Shown in pieces: positions 11,387 through 25,464 of a DNA stretch of 64,000 nucleotides (position 1 is its first letter; every line of letters begins with the position of its first letter). Source of the stretch: Azolla caroliniana (taxonomy: Eukaryota > Plantae > Polypodiophyta); NCBI GenBank assembly GCA_043228905.1, contig JBHGNT010000021.1, positions 6,510,001 to 6,574,000 of the forward strand. Direction: 5' to 3'. A program made the position numbers and the translations under genes. Below the pieces are notes generated by a model, which was not told the DNA's origin, made no database searches, and was given only the letters and a program-made list of their open reading frames with translations.

Positions 11387-14300
11387 ATTCAAAGTGGACA
11401 CCGGAGTGGAACGGTAAAGACCGGAGGGGGCCGGACAGGAAGGGAACGATGACAATCGCAGCAAGTGAAGAAGAGTTGATGCTCATCACCGAGGAGAGTG
11501 AGCTAAACCTTGCCGGCGACGAGGTGACCTGGGTGGTCGATTCTGGAGCGTCATTCCACCTTACCCCAGACCGGAAATGCTTCTCATCCTACTCAGTCGG
11601 TGATCACGCCTGTGTCCGGATGGGGAATGAAGGTACATGCCGAATTGTTGGCATAGGAGACGTGTGGTTGACAACACCAACCGAATGCAAGCTGCTGCTG
11701 AAGGATGTCCGACATGTTCGGGAGGTTCGTCTGAACCTGATATCAACCGGTCGGCTAGATGATGAAGGCTACACGGGTAGCATCCGGAACGGTGTTATGA
11801 AGTTCAGTAAAGGGAGCCTGATTGTGGCTCGGGCCCGGAAGGTAAACACGCTGTACCTGATGAATGCCCGGTTATGCCCGGAAGAAGTGAACATGGCTTC
11901 CGACACTGCCGGTGAGCTGTGGCACAAGAGGCTGTGTCACATGAGCGAGAAGGGGATGAAGAGGCTTGCAGACGACAACCTCATTCCAGTGAAGAACGTG
12001 CACTTGGAGAAGTGCACTGATTGTCTGGCCGGTAAACAAAACCGGACCTCCTTCCGATCGAGGCCACCGATGAGACGTAATGAACCATTGGACTTGGTGC
12101 ATATTGATGTATGTCAAGTGGACACAAAGTCACATGCCGGATCGCAGTACTTCATAGATGACCACAGCCGGAAGCTGTGGGCCACACCGTTGAAGACGAA
12201 GGATCAGGTGCTATCCATCTTCAAAGAGCTCCACGCGAGAGTGGAAAGAGAAATCGGCCGGAAGTTGAAGGCGGTTCGAGCAGATAACGGAGGTGAATAC
12301 CAGGGGCAATTCGAGGAGTACTGTCGCTCGAAGGGAACCTGGCTCGAATTTACCGTGCCGAAGACGTCCGAACTAAACGGGTTGGCCGAGAGGATGAACC
12401 AAACCATAATGGAGAGGGTCCGGAGTATGCTAGCGCATGCAAAATTACCCAAGACATTTTGGGTTGAGGCGTTGTCGACAACAACGTATGTGATAAATAG
12501 ACCACCCTCAGTGCCCTTGGATGGAGACACACCGCAGAAGGTGTGGACCGGTAAGAAAGTGTCCTACCGGCATCTGAAGGTGTTCGGGTGTCTCGTGTAC
12601 GTGCATGTTGCTAAGGACCGGAGAGGAAATTTGGATCCAAAGACCCGGCCATGCATATTCCTCGGATACGACGATGATGAGTTCAGTTACCGAGTGTGGG
12701 ATCCGGTTGACAAGAAGGCTTTCCGGAGTCAAGATATTATCTTCATGGAGGACAAGACTCTTGCCGACTGGGAGTCGGAGAAGAAGATAATGAACTCCGA
12801 TGAGATTCGGACACACCCGGCAAAGAGCCGGTTGACACTCGAGGAACCAACCGGTTACGGTGAGGATACCGAACCAGCAGAAGAAGAAGTAGAGGAAGCT
12901 GAAATCGGAACCGGCCAAGACCCCGAATCGGATTTGGATGAAGAAAAAATAGTGGAGCCGGTTGCCGAAGGCCAAAGACGGAGATATCCTCTCAGAGAGA
13001 GAAGGCCCCCCCGGAGATTTCCGGATGTAGAGCATGTGCTGCTGACCGATGAGGGAGAGCCGGAAAGCTTCGAAGAAGCGAAGGATGACACCCACAGCCG
13101 CAAATGGTTAAGTGCCATGCAGAATGAGATGGATTCCCTGCATGAGAACCATACGTACGAATTGGTGGAGTTGCCGAAAGAAAAGCGGGCACTCCGAAAT
13201 AAGTGGGTGTACAAGTTGAAACCGGGAGATGCCGGCAACCCCCCGAGATACAAAGCCAGGATTGTGGTGAAGGGGTTCCAGCAGAAGAAGGGCGTGGACT
13301 TCGATGAGATATTTGCCCCGGTAGTAAAGATGACCTCCATCCGACGGTGCTGAGTATAGCGGCAAGCATGGACCTCGAGGTAGAGCAGCTAGACGTGAAG
13401 ACGACATTCCTTCACGGTGACCTCGAAGAAGAGATCTACATGCAGCAACCAGAAGGATTCATGGGGAAAGGGAAGGAGCACCTGGTTTTCCGGTTAAAGA
13501 AGAGCCTGTACGGACTGAAGTAGGCTCCCCGACAGTGGTACCGGAAATTCAACTCCTTTATGACGGATCAAGGGTACCACAAGACATAGGCCGATCACTG
13601 CGTGTTTGTGAAGAAGTTCGAAGGAGGTGACTTCCTGATACTCCTTCTGTACGTGGATGACATGTTGATCGTCGAACGGGACCAAGCCAAAATATGGATG
13701 TTGAAGAAGGCTCTCAACCGAACTTTTGCAATGAAGGACTTCGGTCCGGCAAGATAGATACTGGGGATGCACATCATCTGGGACCGGTCAAAGAAGCAAT
13801 TGTGGTTGTCACAGGAGAAATACATGAAAAAGGTGCTTCAACAGTTCAACATGTTAGAAGCAAAACCGATCGGATCGACACTCCCGGCAAACTGCAGACT
13901 ATCCGGTAAGCAAAGCCCGAAGACCAAAGTAGAGAAGGCTGATATGATGAAGGTTCCATATGCCTCTGCTGTCGGGAGTTTGATGTACGCAATGGTGTGT
14001 ACTCGGCCAGATATTGGATATGCAGTCGGAGTGGTGAGCCGGTATATGAGCAATCCCGACAAGGAGCACTGGAACGCGGTCAAATGGATACTCCAGTACT
14101 TGAAGGGCACTTCGAATATGTGTCTCTGGTAAACCTCAACTTGACGGTTTTACCGATTCGGACATGTCAGCTGATGTGGATACCAGCCGGTCTACATCCA
14201 GGTATGTAATGACATATGCAGGGGGAGCTGTTTCGTGGCAGTCGAGGCTGCAGAAGACGGTTGCATTGTCAACCACGGAGGCGGAGTACATGGCGGCTGT

Positions 14301-15244
14301 GGAAGCCGGCAAGGAAATATTATGGATGAAGGACTTCATCAGAGAGCTCAGTATCCAGCAAGATGAATACCGGCTCTATTGCGACAGTCAAAGTGCCATC
14401 CACCTTGCTAAGAACGCAACGTACCATTCTAGGACGAAGCACATCCAGCGTAGGTATCACTGGATTCGGGAGTGAGTAGAAGATCGAGAGTTCGCGCTGA
14501 CGAAGATCCACACGGCTGAGAACGGGTCAGATATGCTGACCAAAGTACTGATACCTGACAAGCTGGATGAATGTCAGAAGCGGATTGGACTAGTACGACA
14601 TCCCATGCCGGAGTGAAGGGGGAGTTTGTTAGGAAACAGGTCCCTCCGGATGGGAAGTGAGAAGAGCAGTGTTGATGAGCAACTCGGCCGAGGCCGAATC
14701 CGGATGTGGAGTACCCGGCAACGGAAGACCCGGTGAGAACCGGATGTGGAGTACCCGACAAAAGCCAGATGATGCAGGCCCGGTGAGGAGTGCTCACCGT
14801 ATGAAGGGACATATTCGTAAATATGTTTCTGAGAGTCCATTGGGGCTATATTTGTGAATAGCCGAAAAGTCATATTGGTATAAATATGACTTAGGGCAAA
14901 CTTAGTGTAGTGGGTCATTCTTGTTGGTGCAAGATTTGAGTGCAACCATGTACACAGAGAGAGAGTGAGAGACGAAGAGGACCGTGTCTCTGTTGTAACC
15001 GCCGCCTGTGGCGAAGACAATGAACAAGAGTTCGTTGCCTCTATGTTCATCTATTGTATATTGTAACATAGTGATAGTTTGCAGTCTGTGGACTGCCGTG
15101 GTTTTTCCCGTGTTTGGGTTTTCCACGTAAACATCCAGTGTACTCTTCTCTTTACTGTGTCGTGCGTACATTACCCGTTTTTTGTGTTTGATCTTAGACT
15201 CGGTTGTGGCCGAGCGTTGTTTTTGGGAGCGTGTAGTCCTTTCA
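11387..15244 (+). mobile_element. Ty1/copia (Tnt1-like) element: PR-INT-RT-RH plus 3' LTR 14627-15244
   Basis: Motifs WVVDSGAS, LWHKRLCH, ADNGGEY, YKARIVVKGF, LYVDD, STTEAEY. PPT GAAGGGGGAG precedes TG at 14627. The LTR ends CA at 15244, abutting the RT of an oppositely oriented copia. Confidence 0.93.
11449..14616 (+). pseudogene. Copia pol with frameshifts and stops
   Basis: ORFs 11449-13353, 13767-14132 and 14164-14475, plus intervening stop-containing RT. Confidence 0.9.
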
Positions 15245-18200
15245 ATATCCTTGATCAGTCATGAAGGAGTTGAACTTCCGGTACCATTGCTGGGGAGATT
15301 GCTTCTGTCCGGATAAGCTCTCCTTCAACAAGCATACTAGGTGCTCCTTCCCTTTCTTGACGCATCCTTCCGGTTGTTGCATGTAGATCTCCTCTTCGAG
15401 GTCACCATGTAGGAACGCCGTCTTGACGTCTAGTTGCTCTACCTCGAGGTCCATGCTTTCCGCTATGCTTAACATAGTCTGGATGGATGTCATCTTCACT
15501 ACCGGAGCAAAGATCTCATCGAAATCCACTCCTTTCTTCTGCTGGAAGCCCTTCACCACGATTCGAGCCTTATACCTTGGTGGATTTCCGGAGTCCCCCG
15601 GATTCAACTTGTACACCCACTTGTTTTGGAGCGCTCTCTTTCCCTTCGGCAGCTTCGTCAGTTCAAATGTGTAGTTCTCATGCAAGGAGCCCATCTCATC
15701 CTGCATGACACTTATCCACTTGCGGCTATGAGTGTGCTTCTTTGCTTCTTCGAAGCTCTCCGGCTCCCCCTCGTCAGTCAACAACACATGCTCTGCATCC
15801 AAAAATCTCAGGGGTGGTGGGGTGGGGGGGGGGTGGGCTTCGCTCTCGTAGAGGGTACCTTCTTCCTTGGTTCTCATCCACCGGTTTCTCCATTTGCACT
15901 TCATCCGAATCCGATTTGGGGTCTTGTCTGGTTCCGGTGTCCAAATATTCGTCGATCAATTCGGTCTCTTGTCTGACTTTTTCTGGTTCTTCGAGTGTTA
16001 TGTGGCTTCCAGTCGGATGGGTCCCGTCGGTCGATTTGGACTCTGCTATCTTCTTCTTCAACTCCTAGTCGGTAATACTCTTGTCTTCCATGAAGACTAT
16101 GTCTCGATTCCGGAACACCTTATTGTTGACCAAGTTCCACACTCGGTATGCAAACTCATCATTGCCGTATCCAAGGAATATGCATGGCCTGGACTTCGGA
16201 TCTAACTTTGCTCTCTTGTCTTTTGCAACATGCACGTAAGCGAGACAACCAAACACCTTCACATGCTAGTAAGACATGTCTTTACCGGTCCATCTTTTCT
16301 GCGGTGAGTCTCCTTCCAAAGGCGTTGAGGGTGATCTGTTTATCACATAGGTCGATGCCATCAGCGGCTCAGCCCAAAATGTCTTGGGTAACTTTGCATG
16401 TGCTAGCATGCTCCGGACTCTCTCCATTATGGTCTGGTTTATCCTTTCGACCAATCCATTTAGCTCCAACGTCTTCGGCATGGTGAATTCGAGCCGGATT
16501 CCCCTCGACCAGTAGTACTCCTCGAACTGCCCCCGGTATTCTCCTTCGTTGTCTACTCAAACCACCTTCAGCTTCCGTTCGGTTTCCCTTTCCACCCTCG
16601 CATGGAGCTCCTTGAAGATGGAGAACACTTGATCCTTTGTTTTCAACGGTGATAGCCACAACTTCCGCCTGTGGTCATCTATGAATGTCACAAAGTACTC
16701 TAATCTAGCATGTGATTTCGTGTCCACTTGTCATACATCGGTATGCACAAGTTCTAGTGGGGCCTTCCATCTCATCAATGGTCTTGACGGGAAAAAGGTT
16801 TGGTTTTGCTTGTCGGCCAAGCAGTCGGTGCACTTCTCAAGATGCACGTCTTTCACCTTTAGAATGAGGTTGGTTATCTTCGGCAAGTCTTCTCATCCCT
16901 TTTTGGCTCATGTGACAGATCTGGCAGATTTGGGCATGCATCAGGTACAAAGTGTTGATCTTCCGGGCTCGAGCTACGATCAGGTTCCCTTTGCAAAACT
17001 TCATGATTATTCTGTTCCGGATGTTACGCATATAACCTTCATCATCTAGCCGACTGGTTGATATAAGGTTCAACCGAACCTCCAAAACGTGTCAGACATC
17101 CTTCAACAACAACTTGCACCTTGTTGACGTTGTCAGCCACACGTCTCCTTTGCGGAAAATTCGGCATGTACCTTCATTTCCCATTCGGACAGAACCGTGA
17201 TCTCCGGCTCTATACGATGAGAAGCACTTCCGGTCAGGAGTAAGATGGAACGACACTTTGGAGTCGACCACCCAGGTTGTTTCTTCACTAACAAGATGCA
17301 GCTCACTCTCTTCAGTGATTAGCAACAGTTCTTCTTCACTTGTCGCGATCGCCGACGTTCCTTTCCGACCCTAACTCCTCCAGTGCAGACCCTTCTTCGA
17401 GTCGACACTATCGGTTCCTTTCTCCTTCCGGAAGTGTCGGGAATTCTTTTGGAAGTGCCCAGGTTTTCTGCAATAAAAGCAAGTGGGCCTCCCCCTTGAC
17501 TTTGACCTTGTCCTTGATTTGTCCCAATTTTTGGGACTCCGATTCCAGCCTCTTTCCCAGTTATGGTCATCTTCCATGACCAAGGCCTTCGGATCGGTTC
17601 TAGACTCCCAGTCTTTCCGGTGAGCATCTTCATCCAGCAAGCTTGATTTTACCCTTGCCAGAGACAATTGTTTCCCTTTCAACCCAACGTTGCCCAAGGT
17701 GACAACTAGCGTCTCCTAACTATCCGGGAGGGAACCGAGCAGGAGCAACACAAGTACCTCGTCGGCTAGAGGTACTTCCAGGGAGGTTGTTTGATTTATG
17801 AGCCCCCAAAATGCATTCATGTGCTCCGCCATGCTGGACCCGTCTTGGTACCGGAGTCTCACTAACTTCCGGAATACTGAAACCCGATTTACGACGTTTT
17901 TACTCTCTAACATGGTGCCAATTTTCTCCCAGAGCACATGAGTCTTGCTTTCTTCATTGAAGTTGTTGTACAAGCTTATGTCAATGAAGCACCTTAGAAT
18001 GTACGCCGTCGTCTTCATGTGCATCACCTCCCACATCGTGGCATCAATCTTGTCCGAATTGTACCGACAACCAAAGATCTTTGACCACGAGCATGTCCCT
18101 CATCTTCGACTTCCATACTGGGTAGTTGGAGCAGGTGAGCTTGAACATGCTTCCGAATGACTCTTCCATTTTCTCCAAGGTTTAGAACCTATTCTCTGAT

Positions 18201-18769
18201 ACCAGTTTGTGTGGAGTAGTGCTCGGCCACAATCGAGTCTTAAACACTCAATAGAAGAAAGCGGGAAATAGCAATGAGATTAATGTACTTACATAGTAAT
18301 AACACTAGATGTTAGCGTGGAAAACCCTAATAGGGAAAAACCACAGGAGCCCACAAACTCTAACTATCACTATAAGAAGACGATACCAAGTGAGACTGGG
18401 AGGCAACGACCTCGAGCTCTATGACTTCGCCAACCGACGGCTACAACAGAAAACCTTTCTGTGTGTGTGTGTGTGTGTGTGTCTCTCTCTCTCTCTCTTT
18501 ACAACAGTAATAATAACAACTATGATGACCACCACATAAGTGGTTGCCCTAAGTCATATTTATACTTATATGATTTTAGGACTATTTACAAATATGGCCA
18601 TGATAGGTCCTCTAGAAACATATTTATAGATATGTCCCTGGATTTGGTTCACGCCGGATTCATCGGATATCTTCTGGATATGTCTGATCTGGATCCTTCC
18701 TTCGGCTCGTCCGATCCACCTCCTCCGGTTCTCATCTTGATCGCATCCTGAGGAACCAAATTCCCAACA
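15245..18769 (-). mobile_element. Ty1/copia (related to the preceding element): 5' LTR 18208-18769, gag to RT, degraded
   Basis: Met-type PBS TGGTATCAGAG at 18194-18204. Gag with zinc knuckle CFYCRKPGH. PR, INT and RT fragments, with RT cut at MTDQGY by the plus-strand copia. Confidence 0.9.
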
Positions 18770-20458
18770 GCAGGAACTATGCAAGAATGAGACATGGGAT
18801 CTCGTTCCCCACTCACCTCATAAGAAGGCAATTGGATGTAGATGGATATCAAGATGAAGGATAATTCCAATGGCTCTGTCAACCGCTACAAAGCTCAACT
18901 CATAGCGAAAGGATACGCATAGACACATGGAGTTGACTATGAAGAGACCTTTGCCCTGGTGGTAGCAAAAGGGTGGTACCTCCATCAGATGGACGTCAAT
19001 AACGCCTTTCTTTAAGGCGCATTAGAAGAGGAGGTGTACATGGTTCAACCATCCGGCTTCGAATTGAGCACACATCCAATAGTTGTGTGCCGACTAAAGA
19101 AGCCACTCTACGGTGTTAAGCAAGCACCACGGGCTTGGCATTACAAGATCACTCAGTATCTTCATCGAATCGGCTTCAGAATGTCAAAATCCGACAATTC
19201 TCTCTATGTAAGAAGCGATTATGAAATTCCGATTGTCATCATCCTATACGTGGATGATCTAGTGACTAGAGGTGAGCTTCTAGTCAACATCAACAAGGTC
19301 AAGTTCCTCCTCTCCAACAAATTCGGGATGACAGACATGAAAGACCTCCATTACTTCCTTGGCATCGAGGTAATTCGGACTCCAACAGGCATTATGATCT
19401 CCCAATGGCACTACATCCTCAACTTATTATACAAGTTCAGGATGACTGACTGTAAATATGTGGGAACCCCTCTCGATCGAAACCTAAAGCTAGCTGCCGA
19501 CTACGGCAGAGAAGAGTGCGAGCCGACTCAGTATCGACAACTAATCATGAGCCTCATCTATCTCATGATTAATCGACCTGACCTTAACTACTCGGTCGGT
19601 CTCCTTAGCCAATTTATGCAAAAACCACATGACATTCACTTCGATTGTGCTAAGTGAGTATTACGAGACGTGAGCGGCACAATGGATTGTGACATTCTCT
19701 ACAAGACGACAATACCAATTCGACTTGAAGGGTACCTAGATGCCGACTGGGCTGGCTACACTGACGATCGACCTCAGGATTTTTCTTCTCTCTCAGAAGT
19801 GGAACCATGTCCTGGAGTTGTAAGAAGCAAACAATTGTCGCACTTTTGAGCATAGAGGCTGAATACAGGGGCGCAACTGTGGCTGCATGTGAAGCCATTT
19901 GACTGAAGAGAATCTTGAAGGATCTGGACGTTCCCATCAAGGATCTGATTCCCCTTTATTGCGACAACATGAGTAGTATTCCTCTAGCTCAGATCAGAAG
20001 CATATCGAAGTGCACTATCACTTCATCCAAGAGCGCGTTCAGGCTAGAGATGTCGACCTTCAACACATCAACACGAATCTTCAAACAACCGACATCTTCA
20101 CCAAAGCCCTAAGAGCTGACAAGCTTCGGCAATTCATGTTAGACCTTGGACTAACAATTCCTGACTTGCCAAGTTTGAGGGGGAGTACAAACCGGACACT
20201 GTCCGAACCCGATACCAGTTGAAGCGGACATCAACTGAAAGAAGCCGACTAAAGTTGAGCTTGAGGGGACGTGTTGCGAATCAAGTTCAACCTAGTCTAG
20301 TGTGTGAACACACCTTTGAGAATCTATTGAGCACTCAAAGGTCAAAGGTCACCACTCCTTTTTACATATTAACTATTTGTGATAGAATCATATTGTCAAG
20401 AGTAGTACTAGAGACTGAGAGGATTAGTACTAGAGATAGAGTAAAAGAGAGAGAGAGA
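18770..20458 (+). mobile_element. Ty1/copia fragment: RT-RH, PPT and start of 3' LTR (from 20272)
   Basis: Motifs LKKPLYGVKQAPRAW, ILYVDD, DIFTKAL. TTGAGGGGACG|TG at 20261-20273. The LTR is interrupted by the Sola TIR at 20459. Confidence 0.85.
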
Positions 20459-20882
20459 AACACCGGGTCATTTGAAATAGGTAATATGTCGCATTTTAAG
20501 AAGTGTACGTCCAAAATATGAATAAAATATGTGGGTGAAAGCATGCGAGTGGAAACAATTAGCTATGTCCTTGACATAGCTAATTAGCTATGCAAAAAGC
20601 TACCATTGATAAATAGTCATTTTAGTAAAAAGCCATCATTAATAAATTAAGTATGCAAAAAACTACCATTGAAAATACTAGAGTGTTTTAATTACATATG
20701 TAAATGAGTGCCATAAATGTGCAACATAAATTGATGTGTGCACCATAAATGTGTACCATAAATTATATATCGAATTCCTAGGTCCATTATGCATGATCCT
20801 TTGCCACATCACGTAGGCCATCTCTAGTTGAGTACTGTGGGTTAGTTGCTACCACTGTTGCTAAACCCTATCGAGTCCACCT

Positions 20883-21560
20883 GCCACCACTCTACACTAA
20901 GGGGCCGCTACCGTGCGTTCCAAGCATCATCAAAGAGCTGCTCAATCTGACGGGGTTCTCTTCTCTGTGACACTCTACACTCAGGGGCCACTACTGTGCA
21001 TTCCAAGCATCATCAAAGAGTTGTTCAATCTGACGGGGTTCTCTTCTCTATGCCACTCTACACTGAGGGGCCGCTACTGTGCATTCCAAGCATCATCAAA
21101 GAGTTGTTCAATCTGACAGGGTTCTCTTCTCTGTGCCACTCTACACTCAGGGGCCGCTACCGTGCGTTCCAAGCATAATCAAAGAGCTGTTCAATCTGAC
21201 GAGGTTCTCTTCTCTGTGCCACTCTACACTCAGGGGCCGCTACCGTGCGTTCCAAGCATCATCAAAGAGCTGTTCAATCTGACGGGGTTCTCTTCTCTTT
21301 GCCACTCTACACTCAGGGGCCGCTACTGTGCGTTCCAAGCATCATCAAAGAGCTGTTCAATCTGACGGGGTTCTCTTCTCTATGCCAGTCTACACTCAAG
21401 GGCTGCTACTGTGCGTTCCAAGCATCATTGGTAACTGTTCAATCTGACGAGGTTCTCTTCTCTGTGCCACTCTACTCTCAGGTGCCTTCTATGTGCGTTC
21501 CAAGCATCATCGGTAATTGTTCAATCTGACGTGGTTCTCTCCTCCATTGCCATCATTCTA
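20883..21560. repeat. 83-bp tandem repeat, ~8 copies, decaying towards ~21720
   Basis: Unit GCCACTCTACACTCAGGGGCCGCTAC...GTTCTCTTCTCT. The repeated ORFs start exactly 83 bp apart (20913, 20996, 21079, 21162, 21245). Confidence 0.95.
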
Positions 21561-21873
21561 TACTTAGTTGCCACTACTGTCTAGTCCCGGATTGCTTCCA
21601 CATTTCGATTTGACGGAGTTCACTCATCCAACGGCAACATTCTACACTCAGTTGTCGCCATTGGTCGGTCTTGGATCGCCTCCTCAACTGTTCAATCCAA
21701 AGGAGTGAACTCCTCTACTGTTCGGTCTTGGATTGCAATAACTTTTCTGTCTATTGATTATTTTGTGTATTGTTGTGTCTAATCTTGTGTATTGTGGAAT
21801 ATTTTTGTGTATTGTTGTTGCCAATAGCCATCTTAAATACTTGTTTTTTTTCCTGGAAATTTAGGGGTTTAAC

Positions 21874-24800
21874 ATGTCCAGCCAAATGGAAGGGGAAGAA
21901 GGGTGTTTAGAATTACCCCTCAATGATCATAAGGATAGGGATGATGCTATCAAGACACAACAAGCCATACGAAACTATTGGGCAGAAAAAAAAAGGAAAC
22001 ATCATCAATTGTTGAAAGATATGAAAGCCACACTCAGTAAAGGTAAGGATAGTTTGGCTGAGAATGTAAGTAATGCGACTACCATCATAGAGAGAAAGGT
22101 TGTAGACTATTTCAATGTTCAAACCAAGCACATCAGCAATGAAGAAAAGAAGGTAGTACTTTATGGAATATGTAATGATCCATCGATAAAGGACTTAGTT
22201 GATTGTGATGGTCTTAATGCAAACATATCATCTATTTTAGTAAATAATCTTCGTAATAGTTTCGTATCCATGAGCAGGTCAGAAGATGATCTTGTCTTAA
22301 AAAGGTCTAGTCTAATGATGTTACTTAATAGTGATGTTGACGATATAAACATCAGTGAGCTATCTAAGGTAATTGGTGTTAGTAGAAAAACAATGTACAA
22401 TACAATGAACCGTATAATTTCCTCGGGTGAAGGAACTAGTCTACTAAAGCTAACTACAAGATGTAAGCCAATGACACCCATAACATTTGAAATCAAGGAT
22501 GTAATCACAATGTTTTGGACTAATGAGAGTAGGGTTTCACCCAATAAAAAGGATTTATGCAGGAAACGTGTTGGAAGAAATCAATACGAGGAGCATCCCA
22601 TTCATCTTCTTGATGTACCTTAGGTATTTACATTTATCTCAACATTTGTTTTGACTCTACACGGAAAGTTAATTAGCTCAGTTAGCAGAAAAGCTAATTA
22701 GCTTATCAGTTACATTTACCTCAGTTAGCTACTAGGATAGCTACTACATAGGTAACTGGCTACTCTCAATAGCTACTACCATGATAGCTAATTAGCTATT
22801 CCCAATAGCTAATTTAGGTACTACCAGATAATTAGTTGTACTGGTAGCTAGTTAGCCATTTAGTTATTACCAGCTAATTTGCTACCATGATAGCTAATTA
22901 GTTAGGACAGCTAATTAGCCACCATTATAGCTAATTAGCTACCATGATAGCTAATAAGCTACTAGACCAGCTAATTAGCCACCATGATAGCTAATTAGTT
23001 ACTAGGATAACTAATTAGCCACCATGATAGCTAATTAGCTACTAGACCCACTAATTAGCTACCATGATAGCTAATTAGCTACTAGACCAACTAATTAGCT
23101 ACCATGATAGCTAATTAGTTACTAGGAAAGCTAATTAGCTACTAGACCAGCTAATTAGCTACCATGATAGCTAATTAGCTACTAGAATAGCTAATTAGCT
23201 ACTAGGATAGTTAGCTAGTTACGAGAATAACTAATTCCCCTTTATTACGCAGGTCGATTTATTTATTAGGTTCAAACGAATGCATCCAACTATCAAAGTT
23301 CAACTACGAACATTCGAGTCTCTTAAGCCACACTTTGTGAGACGCTTAAAGAATCGATACACATGTTCTTGCATTTACAATGTATAGATGGGTTTTCTGA
23401 AGGACTTTGTTAATCTACTACGTCACCATAGCGCATCCCTAACTAATACAGTTTGCACATGTGGGTGCCCAATCTGTCGATCAAGCCCGCAAGAGGAGTA
23501 TAAATCATCTGAGCACGTTATCTCTTCCATGAGTTATTTATTAGATTCAATATTGTGTCTGAGAGAAACTGACGCTATCTTCCATATTCATAAATGTGTC
23601 ATGGGTTTATGTCAAGATTGTGGCCCTACTAGATTTAGGTGGTGTCCAAATGAATTGAGTAGTGAAATATTGATCTTTGTGAAGTTCTTTGAGTCAGTGA
23701 ACACCAATTTCGAAGGAAAGGTGTGTAAAAGAAAGGATCTAGTTCGGAAGATGCTTAAACCAAGGGATTTGGTGTCTCTGTTTGTAGTATCTCTAGGAAA
23801 GTTCATTAAACACAACTTCATTTATTCATGGCAGGCCCATCAGTTTAAGACTTGTATATCTGATTTCCCAAATGATGTAGTAGTCTCAGTAGTAGATTTC
23901 GTAGAGAATTATACTTTCAAGCAGCAGAATGAAATTCAATCCATGCATTGGTGTTTAGTTTAGGTAACCATTTTTGTGCACATAACATATTTTCGAGTTT
24001 GAGGTGATGTTAAAAAAGTAATTCATTTCTTTATTTCCAATGATAAGAAGCATGATACCTTGTTCATCCAACACTGTTTTAAGTTACATTGGCAGTGGTT
24101 ATTAGCTCAACGTTTGGAGCTTACTCAACATTGGGTCTGGTCTGACGGAGCTGCGTCACAATTCAAGGCTCGACGTCCATTTTATTTTGTGGGGAGGTAT
24201 CCTGCCATAACAGGTTTGGAGATGAGATGGAATTTTTTTGGGTCTGGCCATGGTAAAAGTGAACATGATGGTGCAGGGGCTGTTATAAAGCGGGCACTTA
24301 CCCATGAACAACTAAAGACAGATGGTGTGCACATGAATTGTGCATCACATGTAGTTGAATTTTTAAGAACAAATATGTCAACGAGTGCCACAGGTGTTTA
24401 TTCCTCGCAAGTTCGAGATATCAAACGTGAATTTTGGGAAGTGAAGATAGATGAAGTAAATAGGGAGAAGACCTGGGAGTGCCAAGGAATTCCCGAATTG
24501 CGATCTCTGCATGTTGTTCGCGGTTATTCCAGGTTGGATGGTCATTGTATTGCGGTTAGAGAATTGACTTGTTTTTGCTTCCATTGTGTGCAGGGAAATT
24601 GGAGATATTGTCTAAACAAAGCATACATTCAGAATTGGGAGTATCACACTCTGAATGATAAGGAAGCAGTTGATGGAGAAACAGGGCAGAATGCTGACTT
24701 CACATATGAGGGACTTGGAGATACTTTGAGTGATGTCCTAAACGTTGGGGATAACTTCGTTGTAAATGCTGAAGAAGGCAATTCAGAGGGTGTTGATTTC

Positions 24801-25094
24801 TATATATTAAAGTGCACGGTTAGTAAACAGTGTGCAAGGTAGAATATTGTAGATGCATGGGGAAATTTTGTATCTGCCGGGACATTCTACATCGAAGGCA
24901 TTTTTTATGCAAAACTAGATGACTACGAATATGTGTACAGGCTGTTAGAAGACAAACCAGCAGCGTACATGTACTCTCATTTGGTCAGGTGCATCAATGT
25001 CCCAATGTCAGAATACAATAGTTGCTTAGGTTTATACACTATTGGTGCTAATGTGTATGAATGTATTTACAATAGTATGCCATGGAATTTGTAG
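21874..25094 (+). pseudogene. Sola2-like transposase; two exons (intron 22624-23252), five in-frame stops
   Basis: Motifs FKRMHPTIKV..FESLKP..RYTCSC, DFVENYTFKQQNEIQSMHW, WSDGAASQFK, FFGSGHGKSEHDGAGAVIKR, CFCFHC. Stops at 22621, 23385, 23961, 24000 and 24840. Confidence 0.88.
22660..23240. repeat. TAGCTAATTAGCTA palindrome array in the transposase intron
   Basis: Many copies of the 14-bp palindrome are separated by short CCATGA/CTAGGA-type spacers. Confidence 0.95.
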
Positions 25095-25464
25095 CTACAA
25101 GTAGCACTTACCATGTTCTCTTGTAAAACAAACATGTATTTCGCGAAAACAGTTAAATAAATTCGTTTGAGAATCAATTTCTTGTATACAGTCTGCTTTC
25201 TGTGCTTCTTTCTCATTAAAATCATGTCTTTTTTGTTAAGTTTTAAGTTATAAGTTATAGCGAAATAGTCATCAGTAGCTAATTAGTTGTACAAATGCAG
25301 CTAATTAGCTGTACAAATGCAGCTAATTAGCTGTCAATAGCTAAATAGTCATCAATAGCATGAAATCAACAATCTGCAACATATTCCTCAAATTACACAG
25401 TAGATAAGTACAGTGGGAACAAGTAATTAAATTCTTCATTGAATAATGTCATCTCTTTACATAT

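Noticed and set aside
20883-21560. CRISPR-like array
   Set aside because: The whole 83-bp unit repeats with no unique spacers, there are no cas genes and the context is eukaryotic.
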